A stretch of DNA of 64,000 bases from contig CAWJCS010000004.1 of the NCBI GenBank assembly GCA_963841435.1, positions 800,001-864,000 on the forward strand. Direction: 5' to 3'. The notes under the pieces were generated by a model. That model ran no database searches. It saw only the letters and a list, made by a program, of their open reading frames with translations, and was not told the DNA's origin. Origin of the DNA: an uncultured delta proteobacterium. GTDB lineage: Bacteria > Myxococcota_A > Polyangia > Polyangiales > Polyangiaceae. Position 1 is the first letter of the stretch, and each line of letters starts with the position of its first letter. Shown in pieces: positions 50,356 to 64,000 of this stretch. Position numbers and translations under genes: made by a program.

Positions 50356-51577
50356 TCAGCCGAGAAGCAGAATCGGCACGGTTTCGCCGGCGGCGGCGGC
50401 GGGGGCCGAGGGCGGGCGGACGATCAGGGCGTCGGCCGCGGCGTAGAGGCGGAGCAGGGCGCTGTCCTGGCGCAAGAACGGTGCGGCCAGCGGCAATCGG
50501 CCGGGACGTGGCGTCAGGGTCGCGCGCAGGTAGTCCTCGCGGGCATCGTTGGCGGCGAGGTTTTCGGCGAGTTCGGCCGGGTGTTCGATCAGGCGGGCCG
50601 CCTCGGCCGGTTCCCAAGGCCGAGGAGGGCGGCGATCAGCGGGACGAGGAAGAGCCGCGCGGTGACGCCGGCGGAAACCGGATTGCCCGGCAGCACGAGC
50701 ACCGGCATCGCCGGGAGGGCCTGGGTCAGATGGCCGAAGCCGAGCGGTTTGCCGGGGCGCATCGCTACCCGGTTGAACGCCGGCCGGAAGCCGGCGTCGT
50801 TGAGGACGCCCCGAACCAGGTCGTAGTCGCCGACCGAGGCGCCACCGATGGTGACGAGCGCATCGGCGCCGGCGGCCTCCGCCAGGGCGCGCGGCGATGG
50901 CGTCGCGATCGTCGCCGACTACACCGAGGTCAATGGGCAGGCCGCCGGCCCGACGGACCTCTCCCGCGAGGAGGAGCGAGTTGGCGTTGACCAGCCGGCC
51001 GGTGCCGTCGGCCTCGCCCGGCAGAGCCAGTTCGTCGCCGGTGGCGAGGATGGCGATGCGGGGCCGGCGCCGGACTTTCAGCCAGACCGCACCGGCGGCG
51101 GCGGCGAGGGCGACGCCGCGGGCATCGAGGCGCCGGCCGGCGGCGAGCAGACTTTCGCCGGCCCGAAAATCGCCGGCCGCCGGGCGAACGAAGCGACCGG
51201 GCGGCGGCGCCGCGCGGATGGTCACCCAGCCCTCGGCCGCCTCGGTCTCCTCCTGGATGACGATGGTATCGGCATCCGCCGGCAGCGCCGCGCCGGTAAA
51301 GATGCGCATCGCCTCGCCCGAGCCCACGGCGGGGGTCTCGCCGCCGCCGGCCTGGGCAACGCCGACGACGCGCAGCCGGGTCGGCAGAGATCGCCACATC
51401 CGGGCCGCGCACGGCATAGCCGTCCATCGCCGAGACCGCCGCCGCCGGCTGGTCACGGCGGGCGACGACATCATCGGCAAGGACGCGATCGAAGGCATCG
51501 CCGAGGCCGACCAGTTCTCCCGGCAACGGCTTCACCCCGGCAACGACCAGGCGCCGCGCCGTCCGCACATCGATCAA
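50356..51577 (-). CDS. moeA: Molybdopterin molybdotransferase (frameshifted)
   Basis: SAMDGYAV, RIFTGA, ATGDEL, GGASVGDYD, LPGNPVS, QDS. Confidence 0.9.
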
Positions 51578-52054
51578 GGTTCGCCCCGGAAGCTGCCTGA
51601 GCGGCCGCCCGCCTTCTCCAGCAGACGCAGATCGGTGATCCGCATGTCGCGGTCGAGCGCCTTGCACATGTCGTAGAGGGTCAGTGCCGCCACCGCCGCC
51701 GCGGTCAGCGCCTCCATCTCGACCCCGGTGCGGCCGGCGACCCGGCATGTGGTCCGGACATGAATGGCGGGACCGGCCGGATCAAGTTCGAAGCCACCGA
51801 GATGTCGGTCAGCGCCAGCGGGATGGCAGAGCGGGATCAGCTCATGCGTGCGCTTCGCCGCCAGAATGCCGGCGATGCGGGCGGTGGCGAAGATGTCGCC
51901 CTTCGCGGTTTCGCCACCGGCGATCGCCCGGAAGGTCGGCTCGGCCATCACCAGTGAGGCGCCGGCGACGGCATGGCGGTCGCTGATCGCTCTTCGCCGA
52001 GACATCGACCATCCGTACCCGGCCGGCCGCGTCAACGTGGGTAAAGCCGCTCAT
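51574..52054 (-). CDS. moaC: Cyclic pyranopterin monophosphate synthase (frameshifted)
   Basis: THVD..MVDVSAK, KGD..ARIAGI, LIPLCHP, TGVEMEALT, LYDMCKA. Confidence 0.93.
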
Positions 52055-52791
52055 TCGGCCGACGCAGCACTCGCCTCGGCCGGTTCCCATCCCTGTCCGG
52101 TGTAGAGCTGCAGCGGCTGGAACCTGGTCTTGTAGGCCATTTTCGTCGTCTCGGCGATCCAGAAGCCGAGGTAGACGTAGCCGAGCGGTATCGCCCGCGT
52201 CTTCTTGATCAGCTCGAGAATAAGGAACGTCCCGAGGCTGCGCCGCGGCTGATCCGCGGCAAAGAAGCTGTAGACGGCGGACAGGCCGTCGCAGACGACG
52301 TCGAAGATGGCGCAGGCGACCAGCTTTCCGCAGCGATCGCGGGCTTCGAGGACGCCGGTGCGCACCGGGGTCTGCTCGATCAGCGACTGGTAATCGGGGA
52401 ACGCCATCTTTGCCATCTCGCCCTGGTCGTGACGGATGTTCTGATAGGTGATGAACAGCCGGTACTGCTCCTTTGTCGCGATCGCCGCGCGTTCGCTGAT
52501 GACGAGATCGGCGTTGCGGGCGAGCACCCGGCGGTGTCCGCGGCCCGGCCGGAAACGGACGGCGTCGACGCGGACCGGGACGCAGGCCTGACAGCCATGG
52601 CAGATCGGCGCGTAGGCCAACGTGTGACTGCGCCGGAAGCCGGCTTGCGACAGGGCATCGTGGATGGCGACGGCGTCGCGGCGCGAGAGATCGGTCACCA
52701 GCCGTCGTTCATGCCGGTCCGGCAGATAGGGGCACGGCTGCGGCGAGGTCGCGAAAAAGGCGAGCGGGGCAGGGGCGAGCAGAGAGTTCAT
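52051..52791 (-). CDS. bpt: Arginyl/leucyl-transferase (Ate1-like Bpt)
   Basis: PCPYLP, GFRRS, CHGCQAC, LSAVYSFF, SLGT, YLGFWI..KMAYK. Confidence 0.88.
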   Translation of the reverse strand: MNSLLAPAPLAFFATSPQPCPYLPDRHERRLVTDLSRRDAVAIHDALSQAGFRRSHTLAYAPICHGCQACVPVRVDAVRFRPGRGHRRVLARNADLVISERAAIATKEQYRLFITYQNIRHDQGEMAKMAFPDYQSLIEQTPVRTGVLEARDRCGKLVACAIFDVVCDGLSAVYSFFAADQPRRSLGTFLILELIKKTRAIPLGYVYLGFWIAETTKMAYKTRFQPLQLYTGQGWEPAEASAASAE

Positions 52792-52888
52792 GCGGCGCGC
52801 TCTGGATTCCCTCCACGTCTCGGGCCCGCGCGGGCAAGGGAAGCGACGCAGCCCGACCGCCTCTAGAAGTGATCGAACCTTACGCATG

Positions 52889-53795
52889 CTAACTCACCCC
52901 GGTTCCGCGCAGAAGCGTAATCGACAAGCCGGCGATTGCCCGGCGCCTCGGGAGCGTCGGGGAACAAGCGGCACCGTCGCCGCGCGGCCGATCGACCTTG
53001 TCGACGCGGGCGTCCGCGAGCCCCATCTCGACCAGCGCCCGGCGGGCGGCGTTCGCCCGATCGGACGACAGTTCCCAGTTGCCGTAGCCCGGACAGGTTG
53101 GCGAACGGCTTGGCGTCGGTATGGCCGGCGACCTCGATGTGCTGCGGCATCGTCCGGATCGCATTGGCGACGAGTTCGAGGATCTTGCGCGTGTACTGGT
53201 ACATGACCGCCTCGCCGCTCGGAAACATCGGCAGCCCGTCCTGATCGACGATCTGGATCCGCAGCCCCTCCGGCGTCTCTTCGATGATCAGGCTCTTGGC
53301 CAGGGCCTTCAGTTCGGGGTTGCTTTCGAGCCCCTTGCGAATGGCGTTCTCGACCTCGGCGAACTGGGCGCGATCGGAGACGGCCGGCCGCTGCCGGGCC
53401 GCCGTACGGGCGACCGGCCCCGGCGCCGCTCGCGTCCGCGCGCGTCGTCGTCGGCGGCACCGGCGTTCGATCCGCCTCCGTCGTCCGCTGCCCGGGCGCG
53501 AATGGCGATGTGCGGCCGACGGATCGCGGCTGTCGAACACGCCCTTGGCGGCGACGACGTTGCCGGCGAGGAGACCGCCGCCACCGCTCGTCGTCGTGTG
53601 CTTGTTGATCGGCGCGAAATAGTCGGAAATGCCTTCCAGCTGCTCCTGGCTGACCGCGTTCAGAAGCCAGAGCAAGAGGAAGAACGCCATCATCGCGGTG
53701 ACGAAGTCGGCATAGGCGACCTTCCAGGCTCCGCCGTGATGGCCGCCGCCGTGTCCCTTGCCGTTCCGCCGCCGATGGGGCCCGCCACCCGTCAT
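52889..53795 (-). CDS. motB: Flagellar motor stator MotB (frameshifted)
   Basis: GGAWKVAYADFVTAMMAFFLLLWL, GHTD, NWELSSDRANAARR. Confidence 0.9.
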
Positions 53796-53805
53796 ATCGT
53801 CGGCC

Positions 53806-54665
53806 TCAGACCTGGATCGTGCTCAGCTTCTCGTCGAGCTCGACGAACGTCGGTCTGCAGCTTGGTTGCGATCGTCTTCCGCGCGAACTCGACCGAGATC
53901 TGCGGAGCGTAGCCCTGGGTGTGGGCGACGAGCGCCGTCTTCGTTGCCTCCAGAACGTGTTCGTCGGCGCCGAGCCGGGCCTCGAGCGCCTTGCCGATCG
54001 GTGCGACGAATCCGTACGCGGCGAGCACGCCCGAGAACGTGCCGACAAGGGCGGCGCCGATGAGATGGCCGAGGACCTCGGGCGGCTCGGTGATCGCGCC
54101 CATCGTGTGGATGACGCCGAGCACGGCGGCGACGATCCCGAGCGCCGGCAGACCGTCGGCGGCGGTGGACGACGACACCGGAGACGGCGCCGTGGTGGTG
54201 GCGGTGCGCGTCGATCTCGGCGTCCATGATCGCCTCGAGCTCATAGGGATTGTGCGAGCCGAGGGTGAGCAGGCGAAGATTGTCGCAGATGAACTCCATC
54301 AGCACGCCACGCCTGGCGATCTCCCCATAGGCCTGGAAGATCGCGCTTTCGGCAGGCTTCTCGATGTGCGCTTCGAGAGCGATGTCGCCCTTGCTCTTCG
54401 CCACCTTGAACAGCGAATAAAGCGTCGAGAGGAGATCGACGTAGGTGGCCTTGCTGGCGGCGCCGCCCTTGACGATCAGCGGCAGCGACGCCAGCAGCGA
54501 TTTCAGCACCGGCGCCGGCGTGCCGGTGATCATGCCGCCCAGCATCGCGCCGAAGATGATCAGAAACTCGAACGGCTGCCAGAGAACGGCGATGTGGCCG
54601 CCGCCTGCGAGGAAGCCGCCGGCGACACAGCCGAGAACGACGATGATACCGATCAGAACGAGCAT
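53806..54665 (-). CDS. motA: Flagellar motor stator MotA (frameshifted)
   Basis: LWQPFEFLII, ADGLPALGIVAAVLGV, ALVGTF, GYAPQISVEFARK. Confidence 0.9.
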
Positions 54666-54946
54666 GTCTGCCTATGCGCCGGAGCCCGGAACCGCGTGGT
54701 CCCGGCCGCCGGGCGCGACCGGTTGCGGCCGAACTTGCCGGCCGCGCCCTCGTGTTTAGGGCAGATCGGCTTTGTGATTGGTTAACCGGTGCGCGAAGAC
54801 CGCATAGGCAAGGCAGTTCCGGCACCGGTGAGCGACGCTGCGCCACCGGGGTCGCGAGCGGTCGGGGGCGGTCGGGCCGCGGCGCTTGTGTTTCAGAATT
54901 CCTCGCAATAGCATCGGAGCATACGGCGCCGCCGGGGGCGTCGGCG

Positions 54947-54985
54947 AAGGCGCAAAGCCATCGGGACAAGGCGCAAAGCCATCGG
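54947..54985 (+). repeat. Perfect 18-bp direct repeat, 21-bp period, upstream of pdhA
   Basis: AAGGCGCAAAGCCATCGG at 54947-54964 and 54968-54985. Confidence 0.9.
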
Positions 54986-55018
54986 TTTTCTGTGCTTCCC
55001 AGCTGAGGAGATGATGCG

Positions 55019-56051
55019 GTGACGGATGCAAAGTCCGCGAAGGCAGCCGACAATCGCGCAACGCCCGCGGCGGGCACGGCACCGGCGTACGATCGCGACG
55101 AACTGCTCGGTTACTACCGGCAGATGCTGCTGATCCGCCGGTTCGAGGAAAAGGCCGGCCAGCTCTATGGCATGGGTCTGATCGCCGGCTTCTGCCATCT
55201 CTACATCGGCCAGGAGGCGGTGGTCGTCGGCCTGCAGGCCAATGCGACCGAGGCCGATTCCGTCATCACCACCTACCGCGATCACGGCCACATGCTCGCC
55301 ACCGGCATGGATGCCGAAGGGCGTCATGGCGGAACTGACCGGGCGCATCGACGGCTATTCGAAGGGCAAGGGCGGCTCGATGCACATGTTCAGCCGCGAG
55401 AAGAAGTTCTACGGCGGCCATGGCATCGTCGGCGCCTCGGTGCCGCTCGGCGCCGGACTCGCCTTCGCCCACAAGTATCGCGAGGACGGCGGGATCAACT
55501 TCTGCTACTTCGGCGACGGCGCCGCCAACCAGGGCCAGGTCTACGAAGCCTTCAACATGGCCTCGTTGTGGAAGCTGCCGGTGATCTTCGTCATCGAGAA
55601 CAACCGCTACGGCATGGGGACGTCGATCCAGCGAGCCTCGGCCTCGACCGAATTCTATCGGCGCGGCGAGGCGTTCGGCATCCCGGGCGTCATGGTCGAC
55701 GGCATGAACGTGCTGGAGGTGAAGAAGGCCGGCGCCGAGGTCGTCGCCCATGTCCGCGGCGGCAAGGGCCCATACGTCATGGAGCTGAGCACCTACCGCT
55801 ATCGCGGCCACTCGATGTCGGATCCGGCCAAGTACCGGACCAAGGAAGAGGTCTCGACGATGCGCAAGGAGCACGATCCGATCGATCGTCTCCGCCAGTT
55901 CATGCTGGACGAAGGGCTGGCCGACGATGCGGCGTTCAAGGAGATGGACCGGCAGACCAAGGACATCATCAACGAGGCGGCGGAATTCGCGCAGAAGAGC
56001 CCCGAGCCCGATCCGTCGGAGCTGTGGACGGATGTCCTGATCGAAGCCTAG
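55019..56051 (+). CDS. pdhA: Pyruvate dehydrogenase E1 alpha (frameshifted)
   Basis: GFCHLYIGQEA, GKGGSMH, FGDGAANQGQ, YRYRGHSMSDP. Confidence 0.95.
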
Positions 56052-56097
56052 TCGCCGAAAAGTAAAGTCGCGGGTCGTCGCTGAGGGAGGATGCCTG

Positions 56098-57479
<1,382 letters not shown>

Positions 57480-57496
57480 ACGAGGGAGCGGATCCC

Positions 57497-60300
<2,804 letters not shown>

Positions 60301-60369
60301 CGCCGGCCGGGCACACGCGGCGGCGCGCCAGGCCGACGCCGCGGGAACAGCGGCATTGATGTCGCCGCG

Positions 60370-61339
60370 ATGGGGAGCCACATCCAGACCATGCCCGACA
60401 GCGCCCCCCTGAGACACCCCGAGAAGGCCGGCCGCCCCGACCAGCCGTCGCCGCGCAAGCCCGACTGGATCCGCGTCCGGGTGCCGGCGTCGTCGGCCGG
60501 CTACGGCGAGACGCGGGCGGTGTTGCGGACGCACGGCCTGCACACCGTCTGCGAGGAGGCGGCGTGCCCGAACATCGGCGAATGCTGGGCGCGCAAGCAC
60601 GCGACCGTACATGATCCTCGGCGCCATCTGCACCCGGGCGTGCGCCTTCTGCAACGTCGCCACCGGCAGGCCGGGGCCCGTCGATGCGATGGAGCCGGAG
60701 CGGCTGGCGCGGTCGGTCGGCGAGCTCGGGCCTGAAGCACGTGGTGATCACCTCGGTCGATCGCGACGACCTCGCCGACGGCGGCGCGGCCCAGTTCGTC
60801 GCGCTGCATCGAGCGGATCCGCGAGCTCTCGCCCGGCACCACGATCGAGGTGCTGACGCCCGACTTCCGCGGCAAGGACGGCGCGGCCGAGCAGGTCTTC
60901 GCGGCCGCGCCCGACGTCTTCAACCACAACCTGGAGACGGTGCCGCGGCTCTATCCCGGCATCCGCCCGGGCGCCCGCTACTACCTGTCGCTGAAGCTGC
61001 TGGATAAGGCGAAGGAGGCGAACCCGGCGCTGTTCACCAAGTCCGGGATCATGGTCGGCCTCGGCGAGGAGCGGGCGGAGGTGCTGGCGGTGATGGACGA
61101 CCTGCGCGCGGCCGGCGTCGATTTCCTCACCATCGGCCAGTACCTGCAGCCGACGCCGAAGCACGCCGCCGTCGCCCGCTTCGTGCCGCCGGACGAGTTC
61201 GCCGAATTCAAGCGAGTGGCGCTGGCGAAGGGCTTCCTGGTGGTGGCGTCGACGCCCTTGACCCGATCCTCCTACCACGCCGATCGCGACTTCGCCGCAG
61301 CTCAGGGCGGCGCGCGTCGCCGGCGTCGCGGCCGGCTGA
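60370..61339 (+). CDS. lipA: Lipoyl synthase (frameshifted)
   Basis: [37 protein letters not shown]. Confidence 0.95.
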
Positions 61340-61344
61340 GGGCG

Positions 61345-61844
61345 ATGCCGACCCATGCGGAAATGCGCCGCCTGCCGTACAGCCGCGAGCAGATGTTCGA
61401 TCTGGTCGCCGATGTCGAGCGGTATCCCGAGTTCCTGCCGTGGTGCGCCGCCTGCCGGATCAAGCGGCGGGAATCGCCGTCCGCCTTCACCGCCGACCTG
61501 ATCATCGGCTTCAAGATGTTCCGCGAGCGCTTCACCTCGCGGGTCGGCCTCGACCGGCCGCAGAGCGGATCGACGTGTCCTATCAGGACGGCCCGTTCCG
61601 CTATCTCAACAACCACTGGCGGTTCGAGGAGGCCGACGACGGCGGCTGCACCATCGACTTCTACATCGACTTCGAGTTCAAGTCGAAAACCCTGCAGAAG
61701 ATGATCGGCACCCTGTTCAACGAGGCGGTGCAGCGGATGGTCAACGCCTTCGAGAACCGGGCGATCGCCCTTTACGATGCGGACGCTTCGCCGCGCCGCC
61801 GCCGGCCGGTGCCGGCGAAACCGGGCGCCCCGCGGCTGTCCTGA
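61345..61844 (+). CDS. ratA: RatA/Coq10 START-domain protein (frameshifted)
   Basis: [34 protein letters not shown]. Confidence 0.88.
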
Positions 61845-61858
61845 GGCGGGCACGCGCC

Positions 61859-62351
61859 TCAGCCGGCAAGCGTCTCGCGCAGCAGCGCCACCGCCCGCCG
61901 CACGGTGGCGAGGCGGACGGCCTGGCGGTCGCCGGGGAAGACCTCGCGGTGGTGGCGAATGGGGCCGCCCTTCACCGCCGCCGCCATGTGGACGAGGCCG
62001 ACCGGCCGGCCGGGTGAGCCGCCGCCCGGCCCGGCGATGCCGGTGACGGCGAGGCCGACGTAGGCATGCGAGCGGGCGAGCGCGCCTTCCGCCATCGCCC
62101 GCGCCACCTCCTCCGACACCGCGCCCTTCGTCCGCAGCAGCTCCCGCCGGCACGCCGAGCAGCTCCTCCTTCGCCTCGTTCGAATAGGTGACGAACCCGC
62201 GGTCGAACACATCCGACGACCCGGCGATCGCGGTCAGCAGCCCGGCGATCAGCCCGCCCGTACACGACTCCGCCACCGCCAGCGTCATCCCCCGCGCCCG
62301 GCAGCGGTCGAGAATATCGGCGGCCAGCGCCAGGTCTTCATCGGTGAACAT
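61859..62351 (-). CDS. cinA: CinA/PncC NMN deamidase (frameshifted)
   Basis: [36 protein letters not shown]. Confidence 0.9.
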
Positions 62352-62409
62352 ATGTGCATTCCATCCGCAACATTTCTACAGATTAGTTTTCCGAGCTTTC
62401 TCATATGCC

Positions 62410-63594
62410 TCACGGATTTGGTGCGGGAATAGGGAATTGACCTGCGGACTGCGACTGCTCAGGAGGCGTACCTTGTTCTCCCTTCTGCCCGACGGAAGAC
62501 GTTGCCGCCGCGTACGTGCCCGCCCGTCGCTGAGCGGAGCGGTTAGCCCAGCCGGCCGGAAGAAAGGATGGGATTTCCTGCGGCTGTTGGAAAAAAATGT
62601 AGTTTATGAAGGTGCCGAAACGCGCCTCCGCATCGTTCAGCAGCGACTGGCAGCTTAGGATCCCGTCCAGATTGTTGCCTACCGATTTCCAATGGATGCG
62701 CTGATCTTTCTTTTTCTTAAGTGAGAACCCCACCGCTGTTCGCAAAACAAGTTGGGCATGGGTCATGTCGCCTGACGCCACAAAAGAGAGAGCAAAACCA
62801 TCGTCCGTGACTTCGTGGTAATCCTTCAAAGTTGAAAGTATCGCCCAGACAACCGAGCGCGGCACTCCCTCAGTCCGCACGCCCGCGGCGTCGTGCAGGT
62901 ATGCATCAGACACCCGAAACTTGGCTCGGTACCCATCCGACGTTGAGTGCTTCTCACCGATCCACTCGCCTTCGATGCGCAGACCAGCCCCCTCCCTCGG
63001 GACAATCCAATAATCGCCGGCTAGGAAATTCATCAGATCATGTTTGACCGCCAGCTCGAAATCGACTGTTACGGAGTGGCCGTCAACGGGCGCCGCAATG
63101 TCAGGATCGAACAATATCCAGAAACCGAGGGCGCGCGGACGCCACGCAATCAGCAACGGCTTTTGCATCAACGAGGCATAGGCTTGGAGACGCTGCAGGT
63201 AAGATTTTTTGAGTTTCAGGAACATATCTTTGCTGGTCTTGACCTCAATCAGCGTGCTGCACTTCTGGTCGCCAATTTGGAAAACCGCAAACAGATCTGG
63301 CACCTTCCACAAACTGCGCGCCGAGTTTTCAAGCACATCTTCGCTAAGTCTATGGACGAAAGTGCAACAGCCGAGCCAGCGGAGAATGGCAGCGAACTCT
63401 ATTTCTGAGGACAGTCCATATTCAACGTGCTGAACTTGACGGATAAACTTCTTAACATCCGAAAAATTCCAGTTAAGGTGCTCCGCTGCTTTAACAACAG
63501 TGTGTGCGGCATCTGTTGCCGCAAATGGTTCGGCCATTCTGTCGAACTGAGGTCGTTGAGCCGTCGGTGGCCGACTTGTGGGCGGATCGCTCAT
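62410..63594 (-). CDS. PD-(D/E)XK nuclease-superfamily protein, lower GC
   Basis: GLSSEIEF helix, VPDLFAVF, LIEVKT motif; clearly more AT-rich than its neighbours. Confidence 0.65.
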   Translation of the reverse strand: MSDPPTSRPPTAQRPQFDRMAEPFAATDAAHTVVKAAEHLNWNFSDVKKFIRQVQHVEYGLSSEIEFAAILRWLGCCTFVHRLSEDVLENSARSLWKVPDLFAVFQIGDQKCSTLIEVKTSKDMFLKLKKSYLQRLQAYASLMQKPLLIAWRPRALGFWILFDPDIAAPVDGHSVTVDFELAVKHDLMNFLAGDYWIVPREGAGLRIEGEWIGEKHSTSDGYRAKFRVSDAYLHDAAGVRTEGVPRSVVWAILSTLKDYHEVTDDGFALSFVASGDMTHAQLVLRTAVGFSLKKKKDQRIHWKSVGNNLDGILSCQSLLNDAEARFGTFINYIFFQQPQEIPSFLPAGWANRSAQRRAGTYAAATSSVGQKGEQGTPPEQSQSAGQFPIPAPNP

Positions 63595-63810
63595 TGTACC
63601 ACGTTCAACATCAAGGCCATTGTTCGACAGTCTTTGTTCCTCTCGTAGCGTGGCTGACGACCACGCTCCGTAGAAATCACGGCTCGCACAGGGTGTAATA
63701 GCATCAGCGTATTGCGCCGGATGAGGCGTGGATCACACTTTGATGATCCTGCCCCTACCGTTCTCCGACGCCGGAGGTTTCACGAGCGTGCCCGAAGGTC
63801 CGAGGTCGCG

Positions 63811-63999
63811 TCAGTGCATGCGGATGAGTTGATCGGCCTTCTGCCGCTGCTCCGGCGTCAGCGCCTGGTAGAGGGCATCGAAGGCCGGCTTGATCTTCTT
63901 CATCGCGGCGAGATGCTCTTCCATCATCTGCAGGTGCCGGTCGAGCCACTGCGGCAGTGTCGCGTCCGGCTGGCCGGGTGTCGGCATCCACTTCTGCTG
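63811..63999 (-). CDS. Spy/CpxP-family (LTXXQ) protein, 5' truncated by the window edge
   Basis: Manual translation ..LPQWLDRHLQMMEEHLAAMKKIKPAFDALYQALTPEQRQKADQLIRMH*; missed by the ORF track. Confidence 0.75.
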   Translation of the reverse strand, partial: QQKWMPTPGQPDATLPQWLDRHLQMMEEHLAAMKKIKPAFDALYQALTPEQRQKADQLIRMH

Positions 64000-64000
64000 G

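Noticed and set aside
52889-54665. MotAB as a Zorya (ZorAB) defence core
   Set aside because: Sequences match canonical flagellar stators, MotA has no long ZorA tail, and no zorC/D/E is adjacent
61345-61844. RatA as a toxin-antitoxin system
   Set aside because: No ratB partner; lipA-ratA(Coq10)-cinA is an ordinary alphaproteobacterial arrangement

Overview
The window joins two unrelated-looking segments at about 12,705. (1) 1-12.7 kb is a frameshift-free, myxobacterial-looking (Polyangiaceae-like; inferred) surface-glycan cluster: AsnB-type amidotransferase, Wzy/ligase-like membrane protein, two GT4s, a capsule-synthesis protein, an Fe(II)/2OG dioxygenase, two PseB-like dehydratases, PseG-like and PseF/SpsF-like genes, plus an embedded lipoprotein-cyaY pair. 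(2) 12.7-64 kb is alphaproteobacterial (Rhodospirillales-like; alpha-type SOS box, draTG, Cys-motif NifA) and carries many single-base frameshifts, probably long-read errors because essential genes are also hit. It holds a nif cluster (nifE', nifH, draTG, dodecin, nifT, nifZ, fdxN, nifB, nifA) with intact sigma-54 promoters and NifA sites, a TRAP transporter with two binding proteins, Rrf2-sbp-cysTWA, gltA, gltX, recR-ybaB, lexA-moeA-moaC-bpt-motAB, the pdhABC-lpdA-lipA-ratA operon, cinA and a lone lower-GC PD-(D/E)XK nuclease. The most notable signal is absent from the ORF track: the first 40 codons of nifD are fused to the last 38 codons of nifK, so the MoFe protein genes are deleted while the rest of the visible nif machinery is kept. 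The nearby sulfate ABC operon shows similar deletion scars (cysT-cysA fusion, cysW missing). No rRNA, tRNA, CRISPR array or transposase was seen.
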